From the NCBI GenBank assembly GCA_038882975.1, contig JAVZNE010000002.1, positions 160,001 through 224,000 on the forward strand: DNA of 64,000 nt, read 5' to 3'. A model generated the notes under the pieces. The model saw nothing but the letters and a program-made list of their open reading frames with translations. It was not told the origin of the DNA and did not search any database. The first letter of the stretch is position 1; every line of letters begins with the position of its first letter. Shown here in pieces: positions 28,421-37,850 of the stretch. Source of the stretch: Candidatus Bathyarchaeia archaeon (GTDB lineage: Archaea; Thermoproteota; Bathyarchaeia; Bathyarchaeales; Bathycorpusculaceae). Both the position numbers and the translations under genes were made by a program.

Positions 28421-29542
28421 ATGCCTAAAAGAACCACAATTTCCCTTATAAAATGTGATGTTGGCTCCTTAGCGGGACACCATGTTGTCCCCAAACCTAT
28501 ACTAAACATTGGAGAGAAAAACCTGAAAAAAGCTAAGGAAGAGGGCTTGATAAACAGTTACTATGTCTTCAATGTTGGCGACGACTTGGAACTTTTAATG
28601 GTGCATGAGCGTGGCGAATCGAACCCTGAAATCCACAAGCTCGCGTGGAATACTTTTCAAGAGGCTGCCAACAAAGCCTTGGAACTGAAGCTTTATGGTG
28701 CTGGACAAGACTTGCTGAAGAATGCTTTCAGTGGAACGGTTCGCGGACTTGGTCCAGGAGTGGCTGAGATGGAGATTGAAGAGCGAAAATCCGATCCAAT
28801 AGTTGTTTTTGCGGCGGATAAAACCTCGGCTGGAAGCTTCAATCTACCACTCTTCCGGATATTCGCTGACCCAATGAATACAGCTGGGCTTGTGATAGAT
28901 CCAAACATGGCTGGCGGCTTCAAGTTTGAGGTTATCGATGCCCAAGAAGGGAAGAAGGTGGTGCTTAAATGTCCAGAGGAAATGTATGAGCTTATCGCCT
29001 TAATTGGAACTGTTGAGCGCTACATAGTTTCACGGGTTTGGCGCGCCAGAGACGACTTGATATGCGCTTCTGGCAGCGTGACGAAGCTTTCGCTGATTGC
29101 CGGAAAATATGTTGGAAAAGATGACCCTGTGATGATTGTGAGGGCGCAGCATGGTCTGCCGGCCGTTGGGGAAGTTCTTGCGCCTTTCATGCACAGTTAT
29201 TTGGTGGCTGGTTGGATGAGGGGAAGCCACTGGGGGCCGATAATGCCCGTTGGTTTGAAAGATGCCCGCTGCACACTTTTTGACGGTCCGCCGAGGATGG
29301 TGGCTTTGGGCTTTCAAGTGGCGAATGGCGCGATAGCAAGCGACGATGATGGCGTGCCCATGATAACTGACTTTTTCGCTGACCCAGCGTTTGCCCTTGC
29401 AAGGAGAGAGGCGTTGAAGTATGCGGCTATGATTAGGCGTATGGGCGAGTTTGAGCCAGCCCGCTTGAGCGTCGAGTCTATGGAGTATACGACGCTGCCG
29501 CAGGTTATTGAGAAGTTGAAGGAGAGGTTCACGCCCATTTAA
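28421..29542 (+). CDS. fbp: Fructose-1,6-bisphosphate aldolase/phosphatase (class V)
   Basis: KCDVGS, GDDLELLM-H, LYGAGQDLL, GKYVGKDDP, GWMRGSH, FDGPP, MEYTTLP. Confidence 0.96.
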   Translation: MPKRTTISLIKCDVGSLAGHHVVPKPILNIGEKNLKKAKEEGLINSYYVFNVGDDLELLMVHERGESNPEIHKLAWNTFQEAANKALELKLYGAGQDLLKNAFSGTVRGLGPGVAEMEIEERKSDPIVVFAADKTSAGSFNLPLFRIFADPMNTAGLVIDPNMAGGFKFEVIDAQEGKKVVLKCPEEMYELIALIGTVERYIVSRVWRARDDLICASGSVTKLSLIAGKYVGKDDPVMIVRAQHGLPAVGEVLAPFMHSYLVAGWMRGSHWGPIMPVGLKDARCTLFDGPPRMVALGFQVANGAIASDDDGVPMITDFFADPAFALARREALKYAAMIRRMGEFEPARLSVESMEYTTLPQVIEKLKERFTPI

Positions 29543-29559
29543 GGTGCTTTTATAGTTTT

Positions 29560-30108
29560 TCACTGCTGCCTTAATTTCGCCAACTCTTCGCAGCGGCCCT
29601 TAACAACTTCATAGAGCTTACTCCGCAACTCCTCTCCAAACATTTTACGCTCCCTTATGAGTGCTGTTTTCTTGGCAAGTTCTGTGTCACCTATCCATGT
29701 GAACCAAGCTTCAAAGTCTCCACGGTACAAATGGAACTCTATTGAGCCTATATCGATTTTCTGGATTTTCTCGCAAAAGTCTCCTAGGCTTACGGCATAA
29801 ACACCTAAAGGCTTACCCACATCCGCATAAAAGTAAAAGGCTTTTTCCGCCGGCACGTATGCCAAAATCTGTCGAGCTTTCTCTCCATTAATTTTTGGTA
29901 AGCCTAGAGCCTCCCGCCCTTTGTCAGTTATAGCGTAATATCCCTTCTCTACAGCCTTGACATAACCCATTTTTGCTAAGCCGACAACATGCATCATGAT
30001 TGTTGGAAAGCCCAATCCCACTTTTCTTGCCACTTCAATAGGTTTTACGGGCTCATTAAGCATCCATATTGTTTCAAGAACAAGCCTTTTCACAGGAGAT
30101 AAACTCAC
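29560..30108 (-). CDS. Winged-HTH + DUF5752-domain protein
   Basis: N-terminal wHTH (EVARKVG...YAITDKG); EKAFYFY...SLGDF...SIEFHLYRGDFEAW. Confidence 0.78.
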   Translation of the reverse strand: MSLSPVKRLVLETIWMLNEPVKPIEVARKVGLGFPTIMMHVVGLAKMGYVKAVEKGYYAITDKGREALGLPKINGEKARQILAYVPAEKAFYFYADVGKPLGVYAVSLGDFCEKIQKIDIGSIEFHLYRGDFEAWFTWIGDTELAKKTALIRERKMFGEELRSKLYEVVKGRCEELAKLRQQ

Positions 30109-30228
30109 AGTGTCATCCTCATTTCTATATTTTGATGAGTTTAGCTTTTCAGACTTTCGCTTGCACCAAATTGGGCTAAGCTAGCTTGAAACGGATAATT
30201 TATAGACTATGCCTTACCAATAGAATAA

Positions 30229-31044
30229 TTGGGTTTAGGCTTGCCTGTGGAGAGGCTTTCCACTGGAGTATCAGCCCTAGATAAAATGCTTGCTGGCGGG
30301 ATTCCTAGAGGCTTTTCTGTGGCTGTTACCGGTGAACCTGGCACTGGCAAAACAATCCTTTGCATCCATTTTATAGCACAGGGTGTTGCTGACGGCGACA
30401 AGTGCATTTATGTAACAACCGAGGAGAGCCGTGAGTCCATAATAACTCAAGCCAGCCAGTTTGGCTTCGACTTTTCCGCAGCCATTAAGGATGGTAAATT
30501 AATTTTGATTGACGCTTTGATGGGAACTGAGGACCAGTGGACTATTAAAGCGCTGGGTGTTGAGGAGCTTGTGAACAAGGTTATTGAGGCGAAGAAGGCT
30601 TTAGGCTATGGGAGAGCCCGCCTAGTTATTGATTCGCTTTCAGCTTTTTGGCTTGACAAGCCAGCCATGGCGAGGCGCCACTCATATTTTGTTAAGAAGG
30701 TTCTTTCAAAATGGGACTTCACAATATTGGCGACCTCACAGTATGCCATAACAACTTCTGAGGCTTTCGGTTGGGGAGTTGAACACATAGCTGACGGCAT
30801 AATAAGGTTTAGGCGTTTAGTCAGAAACGGTATTTTGAGGCGTTATGTGCTTGTTGAAAAAATGAGGCAGACACCCCACAGCCTTCAAATGCACGAAATC
30901 GCTATTGAGCATGGAAAAGGATTGGTAATCCTCGGACCAGTAGAAGAGCGGAGGGAAGACGTAGCCCTCCCAAGAAAAGTGATGGAGAGAATACAAAAAG
31001 CAGTGGAGAGGCGGGATGCCGAGCCCCCGAAACCTAGCGATTGA
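30229..31044 (+). CDS. KaiC/RAD55-family single-domain ATPase
   Basis: STGVSALDKML-GGIP, GEPGTGKT, TTEES, VIDSL, EHIADGII, VEKMRQT. Confidence 0.9.
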   Translation: MGLGLPVERLSTGVSALDKMLAGGIPRGFSVAVTGEPGTGKTILCIHFIAQGVADGDKCIYVTTEESRESIITQASQFGFDFSAAIKDGKLILIDALMGTEDQWTIKALGVEELVNKVIEAKKALGYGRARLVIDSLSAFWLDKPAMARRHSYFVKKVLSKWDFTILATSQYAITTSEAFGWGVEHIADGIIRFRRLVRNGILRRYVLVEKMRQTPHSLQMHEIAIEHGKGLVILGPVEERREDVALPRKVMERIQKAVERRDAEPPKPSD

Positions 31045-31888
31045 GTACTATTCAAGAGCCGAAGTGCAAAGGGAGATAGCTGAATTTTGCAGGGGAAGGT
31101 GGATGGCAGCCCACTGCATAGGCGATTCTGGAAAACTTGTTTTTAGGCGTTATTTAGATGGCAAACCAATGGCGGTCAAAAATGAGGAAGAATTTGCCGC
31201 ATTTCTGAAAAGGTTAAAGAATACTGCTAGAGCCTTCTACGCCACAGCAAACAAGTACCCGACAATAGAGCGTATAGAAGACGTTGACTTTTCAAAGGCT
31301 TATCTTTGCACCCCAACATGGGACATTGACGGGACGCTGCAGAACTGGAGGGAAACCATCGCTGTCGCAAGAGAAATTCTTTCCATTTTGGAAAGCGAGG
31401 GCGTAAAGGAGTCCGTTTACGTGAAATGGTCTGGAAACGGATGCCACATTCACGTTCATGAAGAAGCCATTTCAGAATCAGTGATCAGTAAGGCGCATCC
31501 ATTAGACTTCGCCTATGCCATAGTGGAATACGTAAACGCTAAAGCAATGCCAAAAATAATTGAAAGCCTAAAGGCTGAAAACATAAAAGTTGAGAACAGA
31601 ATGGATGCGGGAAGGGTCTTCACATGCCCATTAAGTCTGCACCGTCAACTAGACGTGGTTTGTGTTTGCCTAAAATCCAACGACATTGACAACTTCTCCC
31701 CAGAATGGATAAAACCATCAAACTTTAGGCATAATCATGCATGGCGAAACTTCCAAAAAGGAGAAGCCGACACCCTAGCCACAAAAGCCTACGAAACAGT
31801 TGGAGGCTATCCAACCCCGCTGAGAAAGGGAAAGCCTAGAGGCAAAAGGCTGGACCAGCAGATAAAAGAGTGGCTCCAAAAATTTTAG
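31016..31888 (+). CDS. Archaeo-eukaryotic primase (AEP) superfamily protein, PriS/LigD-Pol-like
   Basis: Motif I WDID, motif II KWSGNGCHIH, motif III MD, then PLSLH. Confidence 0.8.
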   Translation: MPSPRNLAIEYYSRAEVQREIAEFCRGRWMAAHCIGDSGKLVFRRYLDGKPMAVKNEEEFAAFLKRLKNTARAFYATANKYPTIERIEDVDFSKAYLCTPTWDIDGTLQNWRETIAVAREILSILESEGVKESVYVKWSGNGCHIHVHEEAISESVISKAHPLDFAYAIVEYVNAKAMPKIIESLKAENIKVENRMDAGRVFTCPLSLHRQLDVVCVCLKSNDIDNFSPEWIKPSNFRHNHAWRNFQKGEADTLATKAYETVGGYPTPLRKGKPRGKRLDQQIKEWLQKF

Positions 31889-31939
31889 CAACAACAACTA
31901 AAGAAAATGGCGCTTAAATTGTTTTAAAATTTGAATTTT

Positions 31940-33886
31940 TTATTCTCGATCGATAAGTTTCCAGTTTATCTTCCCATCTTTGCTTATTTTTGGTATAATC
32001 ATAGTGAATTGGGCTCCTTTACCGGGCTTGCCTGTCTCTTGAATTGTCCAACCGTAAACATCGCAGATTTTTCTTATCAAGTACAAGCCATAGCCCGTTC
32101 CTTTTCCATAGCCCTCTTTGAAAAGCATTTTCTTTTCTTTCCAAGGTATGCCCACACCATTGTCCTCATAGATCAGTTTCAACTGTTTATTACTTAGTTT
32201 CTTGTAGTATACTCTGATTTTCTTTACTCTCTTGCCATATTTTAACGAGTTGTCAATTAAATTGTAAAAGATCTGCCTCAGTAAGGAATCCGCCAAAACC
32301 ATTAAGCCTTTGCATTCGTTTATCACCCTTGCACCTTTAAGATCTGAAAAGAGTGAAGCCGCTTCCTGGACAGTTTTCTCGACATTCATATAGACCAATT
32401 CCTCAACGCCCAGCAATTCATATGTTGCAGCAAAATCAAAAATTCTCTCTATTTGTCTAACAGCATTTTCTATCTCTTCCAAATACTTTAAACTTTCATT
32501 TTTGTTGGCTAGTTTCTTTTTAATTAGGTAAGCGTTGCCTATTACAACTGATAGTTTATTTCGTATGTCATGTCTAGTCAATCTACCGACAACACGCAGC
32601 TTCTCCAAGGTATCTCTCAACTCTTTTTCAACTTTCTTTAAATGGGAAATATCCTTGTATAACCCTACGACTCCAACAAGTTTTCCTTCTATAGTAATTG
32701 GAGCGGCAGATATGGACACTGGAACTAAGGATCCGTCCTTTCTCTTCCTGACGCTGTCGTAATAAATGTAGCCTTTCTCTGCTTTCTTGTCAAGCATGCG
32801 TCCTTCTTCGATAAGGTCCTTCGGCACTATTACATCGTTGATGTGTTTTCCTTTTATTTCTTCTAGGGTGTAGCCGAAAAGCTCGGTGAATCGTGGATTA
32901 ATATCCAAAACATGAAAATTTGGATCCATATATACAGCTGCTTCCGGGTTGTTCCTAAACAACTTTTCAAATTTTTCTTGACTTGCCTTAATTTCGCGGG
33001 CATATTTCTCCAAATTTTGGGCGTGCTCTAAGTTGCTTATTGCGGTCGCGGCGTGTGAAGCCAAAATCTCAAGCAACTCTTGATCTTTTTCGTTGTAGGC
33101 GGCTAACTTTTTACTTTCTACATTTAAAACCCCAAGGATCTTATTACCAATTTTAATGGGTACAACGAGTTCGGAGAGAACTCCAGGCTGAACGGCGACG
33201 AAATCCTTGTCCTTTCTAACATCTGGAACTAAAATGGAATTGCCTGTTTTTGCTGCCCTTACAGTTATTCCCTTCTTACTACCGTCTAAAGGCAATTCAA
33301 GCGAGATGGGTTGTGAATATCCACGATAAGCAACAATACGGAGCACGTTTCCATCAATCAGCATCACATCTGCATACTCAAATCCCAACACTCTTTCCAT
33401 GGCATCTAAAGTTAGGCGGTAGATCTCCTCCATACTCTTCGCCATGTTCAAACTTCGACCATAAAAGTTCAACGCAGATAGGCGCTCTTCATAACGTTTT
33501 CTTTCCGTGATGTCTCTGTACAATCCCACAGTTCCTATAAGTTTGCCTTCAAGCTTAATGGGAGCAACAGATATGGACACTGGAACTAAGGATCCATCTT
33601 TCCTCTTCCTAACAGTTTCATAATAGAATGGTCCTTCAAGCGCTTTTCTGTTTAACTTTTTTGCCTCATCAATCTTGTCCCCTGGCACCACTACGTCATC
33701 GATGTGTTTTCCTTTTATTTCTTCTAGGGTGTAGCCGAAAAGCTCGGTGAATCGTGGATTAATATCCAAAACATGAAAATTTGGATCTACATAAACACAA
33801 GCTTCAGGGTTATCCATAAATAACCGTTTAAACTTTTCTTGGCTCTCTCGTATTTTCTGCTCCGTTTTTTTGCTCGATGGCGTCAC
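31940..33886 (-). CDS. PAS-GAF-PAS sensor histidine kinase
   Basis: Two PAS domains (RKRKDGSLVPVSIS), a GAF domain, H-box RHDIRNKL, N-box NLIDNS, DNGVGI, GTGYGL. Confidence 0.92.
   Translation of the reverse strand: MTPSSKKTEQKIRESQEKFKRLFMDNPEACVYVDPNFHVLDINPRFTELFGYTLEEIKGKHIDDVVVPGDKIDEAKKLNRKALEGPFYYETVRKRKDGSLVPVSISVAPIKLEGKLIGTVGLYRDITERKRYEERLSALNFYGRSLNMAKSMEEIYRLTLDAMERVLGFEYADVMLIDGNVLRIVAYRGYSQPISLELPLDGSKKGITVRAAKTGNSILVPDVRKDKDFVAVQPGVLSELVVPIKIGNKILGVLNVESKKLAAYNEKDQELLEILASHAATAISNLEHAQNLEKYAREIKASQEKFEKLFRNNPEAAVYMDPNFHVLDINPRFTELFGYTLEEIKGKHINDVIVPKDLIEEGRMLDKKAEKGYIYYDSVRKRKDGSLVPVSISAAPITIEGKLVGVVGLYKDISHLKKVEKELRDTLEKLRVVGRLTRHDIRNKLSVVIGNAYLIKKKLANKNESLKYLEEIENAVRQIERIFDFAATYELLGVEELVYMNVEKTVQEAASLFSDLKGARVINECKGLMVLADSLLRQIFYNLIDNSLKYGKRVKKIRVYYKKLSNKQLKLIYEDNGVGIPWKEKKMLFKEGYGKGTGYGLYLIRKICDVYGWTIQETGKPGKGAQFTMIIPKISKDGKINWKLIDRE
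32840..33787. repeat. 87-bp identical direct repeat (32840-32926 and 33701-33787) in the two PAS domains
   Basis: Base-by-base comparison; a second identical 28-bp block at 32707-32734 / 33568-33595 has the same 861-bp offset. Confidence 0.9.
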
Positions 33887-34143
33887 TTAACATACTTTCC
33901 CGTCGTGCATGACAAATATTGAAACGTTTCAAAAGGCTGTCACATAAGACTTGTGAATGTGCAATCAATATTCACGAAAAGTGAGGGTTCAACAAGCGCC
34001 TGGACATCATGCAAACATGGTGCGCTTTGATATACACTTAAATATTTGAAGCCAAATAAGCCGAGATTACAATCTGCGTGATTTACACTTGAAAACGCAA
34101 ATAAGTCTGCACACCTAAAAATAAACGAAAACTGGGAAATGAT

Positions 34144-35394
34144 ATGAAGATGGCTGTGCTTGTCTATGAGTATCCGCCGAAAATTGTTGGTGGTTTAGGC
34201 ACTTACGCGGCTGAAATCACGCGGAAATTTGTGTTAATGGACCATGATGTTACTGTTTTTACGATGAATGATGATGAAGGAAGTCTTCCAACAAGGGAGA
34301 TTTGGCGCGGCATTGAAATTCATCGCCCATTGCACATTGACATTTCGGATTCGCTTCCGGACGTTGTAGCTGAGGATGTTAAGAAGTGGGGTAGGGGCAT
34401 TCAGCTTTTCTCCAAAATTCTCGTCTACAATTATCTGAGCGCGTCAAAACTTGTTAACGAACTAATTGGAAAGGAAGGTTTTAAATATGATGTTGTGGTT
34501 GCGCACGACTGGCTTTCAGTCATAGCCGGAATAACCATAAAGAAGGAGACCGGTCTCCCACTGGTTTTTCATGTTCACTCGACTGAGAAGGGAAGAACCC
34601 TTGGAAACGGTTCAGAAGTTGTTAGCAACATTGAGCTTCGCGGGGCGCAGGCAGCAGACCTTGTCATCACTGTTTCATACGCCATGAAAGATGAGTTGAT
34701 AAAGCTTGGTTTTCCAAGGGAAAAAATTGAGGTTTGCTATAACGGTGTTGATCCGCAAAAGTACAATCCAGAAGATGTAAGCCCAGACCAGATAAGGCAG
34801 GTTAGGGAGTTTTATGGCGTAAAGCCTGAAGACTCCATGATTCTTTTTCTTGGAAGACTTGTGGGCGTCAAAGGCGTTGATAAGCTTGTCATGGCTATGC
34901 CCCATATTCTACAGAAGATTCCAAACGCGAAGCTGGTCATCGTTGGTTTGGGTGATTTGCAAGACTATCTTGTTAACCTTGTAAGGATGATGAAGCTTCA
35001 AGACGTTGTAAAATTCAACTTCGAATTTATATCGGAGGAGGAGCGAATTCTCCACTATGCGGCGTGCGATGTGGCGGTTTTTCCAAGCTTATACGAGCCT
35101 TTCGGAATAGTTGCTCTAGAAGCCATGAGCATGGAGCGCCCAGTGGTCGTTGGCGCAGCAGGCGTCAGTGGAATGAGAGAAATAGTTATACCATGTGGAG
35201 AGGAACAGTGTGGCTATCATATAAACCCGAACAATCCGGCGGACATCGCTTGGGGTGTTGTCAGCGCTTTGGAGAATCCGGAAAAGCGAAAATGGCTTGG
35301 AAAGAACGGTCGGCGTCGAGTTTTAAACGAGTTCACATGGGATAAGATAGCGGAAAGAACAATTGAGCTTTATGAACGTGTAATAAAACGCTAA
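34144..35394 (+). CDS. GT4 glycosyltransferase (glycogen synthase-like)
   Basis: YEYPPKIVGGLG, AHDW, HSTEKGR, PSLYEPFGIVALEAM. Confidence 0.9.
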   Translation: MKMAVLVYEYPPKIVGGLGTYAAEITRKFVLMDHDVTVFTMNDDEGSLPTREIWRGIEIHRPLHIDISDSLPDVVAEDVKKWGRGIQLFSKILVYNYLSASKLVNELIGKEGFKYDVVVAHDWLSVIAGITIKKETGLPLVFHVHSTEKGRTLGNGSEVVSNIELRGAQAADLVITVSYAMKDELIKLGFPREKIEVCYNGVDPQKYNPEDVSPDQIRQVREFYGVKPEDSMILFLGRLVGVKGVDKLVMAMPHILQKIPNAKLVIVGLGDLQDYLVNLVRMMKLQDVVKFNFEFISEEERILHYAACDVAVFPSLYEPFGIVALEAMSMERPVVVGAAGVSGMREIVIPCGEEQCGYHINPNNPADIAWGVVSALENPEKRKWLGKNGRRRVLNEFTWDKIAERTIELYERVIKR

Positions 35395-35411
35395 CTGCAG
35401 ACTGGTGTGCT

Positions 35412-36032
35412 TTGGGCTTATCAACAGCAGATGCCAACATGCGAAGAAATGTGGCGAGGGAAGCAGCCACCCTTCTTTATTTTGGGTTAGAGAAAGAGTA
35501 TAAGCAGGCCAAATTGCGGGCGGCGAAAACTTTAGGTGTCCACTTTTTGCCGTCAAACCTTGAAGTTGCCAAGGAGCTTGATAGAATAGCGGAGGAACAT
35601 GAGGGAGCCGTCCGAAGGGAGCGCTTAGTTAAGATGCGGAGGGAAGCCCTAAACCTAATGAAAATATTGGAAAGGTTCAGTCCGGTGCTTGTTGGAAGCG
35701 TTTGGCGGGGAACCATTTACCGTGAAAGCGACATAGACATAATCACATACCACAATGAGCCCTACGAAATCCTGAAATTGTTGGAAAAGAGGTTCAAGGT
35801 GTTAGAGTGCGGCTGGGCAGCTATAACAAAGAGGGGGAAACCAAAGAATTCTTTCCGGATATTCATTGAATTGCCTAGCGGTGAAAAAGCCGAAATAACC
35901 GTTCGGGATGTTGAGGAGTTCGGCGTTAAGGAAACTTGCGAAATATACGGTGACACCATATCTGGACTGAGCATTCAAGAACTTGAGAAAGTGCTTACAG
36001 AAAACTCCACAAAGAGATTTGTCCCTTTCTAA
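35412..36032 (+). CDS. Nucleotidyltransferase-domain protein
   Basis: LVGSVWRG...SDIDI (Pol-beta motif); EYKQAK..AA N-terminus. Confidence 0.8.
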   Translation: MGLSTADANMRRNVAREAATLLYFGLEKEYKQAKLRAAKTLGVHFLPSNLEVAKELDRIAEEHEGAVRRERLVKMRREALNLMKILERFSPVLVGSVWRGTIYRESDIDIITYHNEPYEILKLLEKRFKVLECGWAAITKRGKPKNSFRIFIELPSGEKAEITVRDVEEFGVKETCEIYGDTISGLSIQELEKVLTENSTKRFVPF

Positions 36033-36105
36033 AATGGCTTTTCCCTAGACTCTTAAATATTTGAACTCACAAAAATATAATTAACCAAAGTTTGAAGGCG
36101 TCCCA

Positions 36106-36456
36106 TTGGAGCTTGATAAGGAAACTTTCAAAAGATTGTTCCCAAACCTCGCAAAGGAAATGGAGTCAGGCGAAAATAAGGTTGCAGTAAGCTCCGTCAG
36201 AACAGAAACAAAATCCGGGGAAAGGGCAGTGTCGCGAAACTTTGTCCACTACGACCCAGACGTTATAGATTTTCTCCGTCGATGCGACACAGCCGAGCAA
36301 GCAGAAGAAATAATAGCCTACATGGAACGAAGGGGCGAAATAAGCAAGGAATATGCGGCAAAACTTAGGAAGCAGCTGAAGGAAAAGGGCGTGAGAAGCT
36401 TTGGTCCCAAGAAAGAGGAGAACTACTATTTAAGGCGTGCAGGACTTGTAAAGTAG
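36106..36456 (+). CDS. DUF2095 family protein
   Basis: FPNLAKE, PDVIDFLRRCDT, GVRSFGPKK..YY. Confidence 0.82.
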   Translation: MELDKETFKRLFPNLAKEMESGENKVAVSSVRTETKSGERAVSRNFVHYDPDVIDFLRRCDTAEQAEEIIAYMERRGEISKEYAAKLRKQLKEKGVRSFGPKKEENYYLRRAGLVK

Positions 36457-36461
36457 CCTTT

Positions 36462-37238
36462 TTAGACTTGTTCTGGCGGCACCCTTTCTGGAGTATAACC
36501 CGTATGATACCTTAAATTGTATTTTTGTAGCCTTTGAACCACATGCGGATAAAGTATCAGCTCTTCAATTTCAATTTCTTCTGCTAATTTTGGGCTAATC
36601 TGTCCAATTCGCTCTATGAGAGATTGCAAGCTCTTTTTTGATGAGAAGGACGCCATAATTGATGGGTGGCACCTAACTTTTGCCTCCACCAGCTTCTCTA
36701 ACGCTTTGAGTTGCAATGTGAATCCTTCGGGTTTAGCACCTGTAAGTAATGTGAATTCTTCTTTGCTACATCCTTTAAGCGAAACTCTAACATGTATGAA
36801 CTTATATTTTGTTAGGCTCTCGGCATAGCCCTCATCATATGCTATGGGGATGCCGTTGGTTTCAAGGATAAAGCGGTAACCCTTACCATCAAGGTTTTCA
36901 AGAAGTTTAAGCAGGTGCTGCTTCCCAATTGTTGGCTCTCCCCCGCTCAATCTAAGCAGGTCAAGTTTGCACTTTTTGGCAAGGGAGATTAGGCTTTCGG
37001 CGACTTTTTTAGGCGTGTAAAATGTACCAACATCATGGGGGCGGTTCATAACAGTGTCTGAAACCCAACAGAACCGACAAAGCAATCCGCATCCAACACA
37101 GTCAGCTGTAACTATGCCGCCGTACCACCTTGCGGGTCTTATGCGGTAATACTTTCTCTCCATTCCCTCTGGACCAGTACGTGTGACAAGCTTTTCCATT
37201 GCCATGTGCCTCATAATAGGGTCGTAGAATACTGCCAA
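36462..37238 (-). CDS. Radical SAM protein
   Basis: CVGCGLLCRFCW (CxxxCxxC), SGGEP, ETNG. Confidence 0.9.
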   Translation of the reverse strand: MAVFYDPIMRHMAMEKLVTRTGPEGMERKYYRIRPARWYGGIVTADCVGCGLLCRFCWVSDTVMNRPHDVGTFYTPKKVAESLISLAKKCKLDLLRLSGGEPTIGKQHLLKLLENLDGKGYRFILETNGIPIAYDEGYAESLTKYKFIHVRVSLKGCSKEEFTLLTGAKPEGFTLQLKALEKLVEAKVRCHPSIMASFSSKKSLQSLIERIGQISPKLAEEIEIEELILYPHVVQRLQKYNLRYHTGYTPERVPPEQV

Positions 37239-37309
37239 AGGGATCAGCCTTCAACAGAAGATTTAGGGCGAAGCTAATCTTAAATTGTTAATAACACAAA
37301 CTGTTTTTA

Positions 37310-37792
37310 ATGATGTTGTTGAAAAGTGGCGATGTCTTAAGCAACCTTGAAATTTCAAGAATTTTCGATGTTTGTGCCCAGCGAGGGATAAGGTACAATG
37401 GAAGCCTAAAGAAGGGGATTAGGCATGTTGTTTTGATAACAGTTTTGCATAAAACACCAGAGGAGAGCCTACGTAACCCCTACAATGACCGTTTGGAAGG
37501 TGATATCCTTCTCTACACTGGTGAGGGGCGTGTTGGAAACCAGAAAATGAAGAGGGGAAACTTAGCATTAAAAAGGCAGATGGCAGAAGGTTATCCAATA
37601 TTTGTTTTTGAGAAGAAGTCGGCTGGAAAATACGTGTTTATGGGAAGGTACAACGTGTTATCTGTGCATGTTGAAATTCAACCGGACATAAAAGGGCAGA
37701 GAAGAGAAGTTTTCCTCTATAAACTGAAAAGAGTATCCGCATCAGTTTCATTAAACGCCATTGAAGAGCCAGTCGTTTCCAAAAGTAAATAA
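37310..37792 (+). CDS. Stand-alone SRA/YDG-like domain protein
   Basis: PYND...LLYTGEG..GNQKM..GNLAL...PIFVF...YVFMG; no HNH motif. Confidence 0.7.
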   Translation: MMLLKSGDVLSNLEISRIFDVCAQRGIRYNGSLKKGIRHVVLITVLHKTPEESLRNPYNDRLEGDILLYTGEGRVGNQKMKRGNLALKRQMAEGYPIFVFEKKSAGKYVFMGRYNVLSVHVEIQPDIKGQRREVFLYKLKRVSASVSLNAIEEPVVSKSK

Positions 37793-37850
37793 ATAGGTCT
37801 TATGATATTAGAGAGCCAGAATTCAAGGTTTAGGCGGCGGAGGAAAAAGC

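Noticed and set aside
30229-31044. Circadian clock gene
   Set aside because: Single-domain KaiC-like ATPase with no kaiA or kaiB
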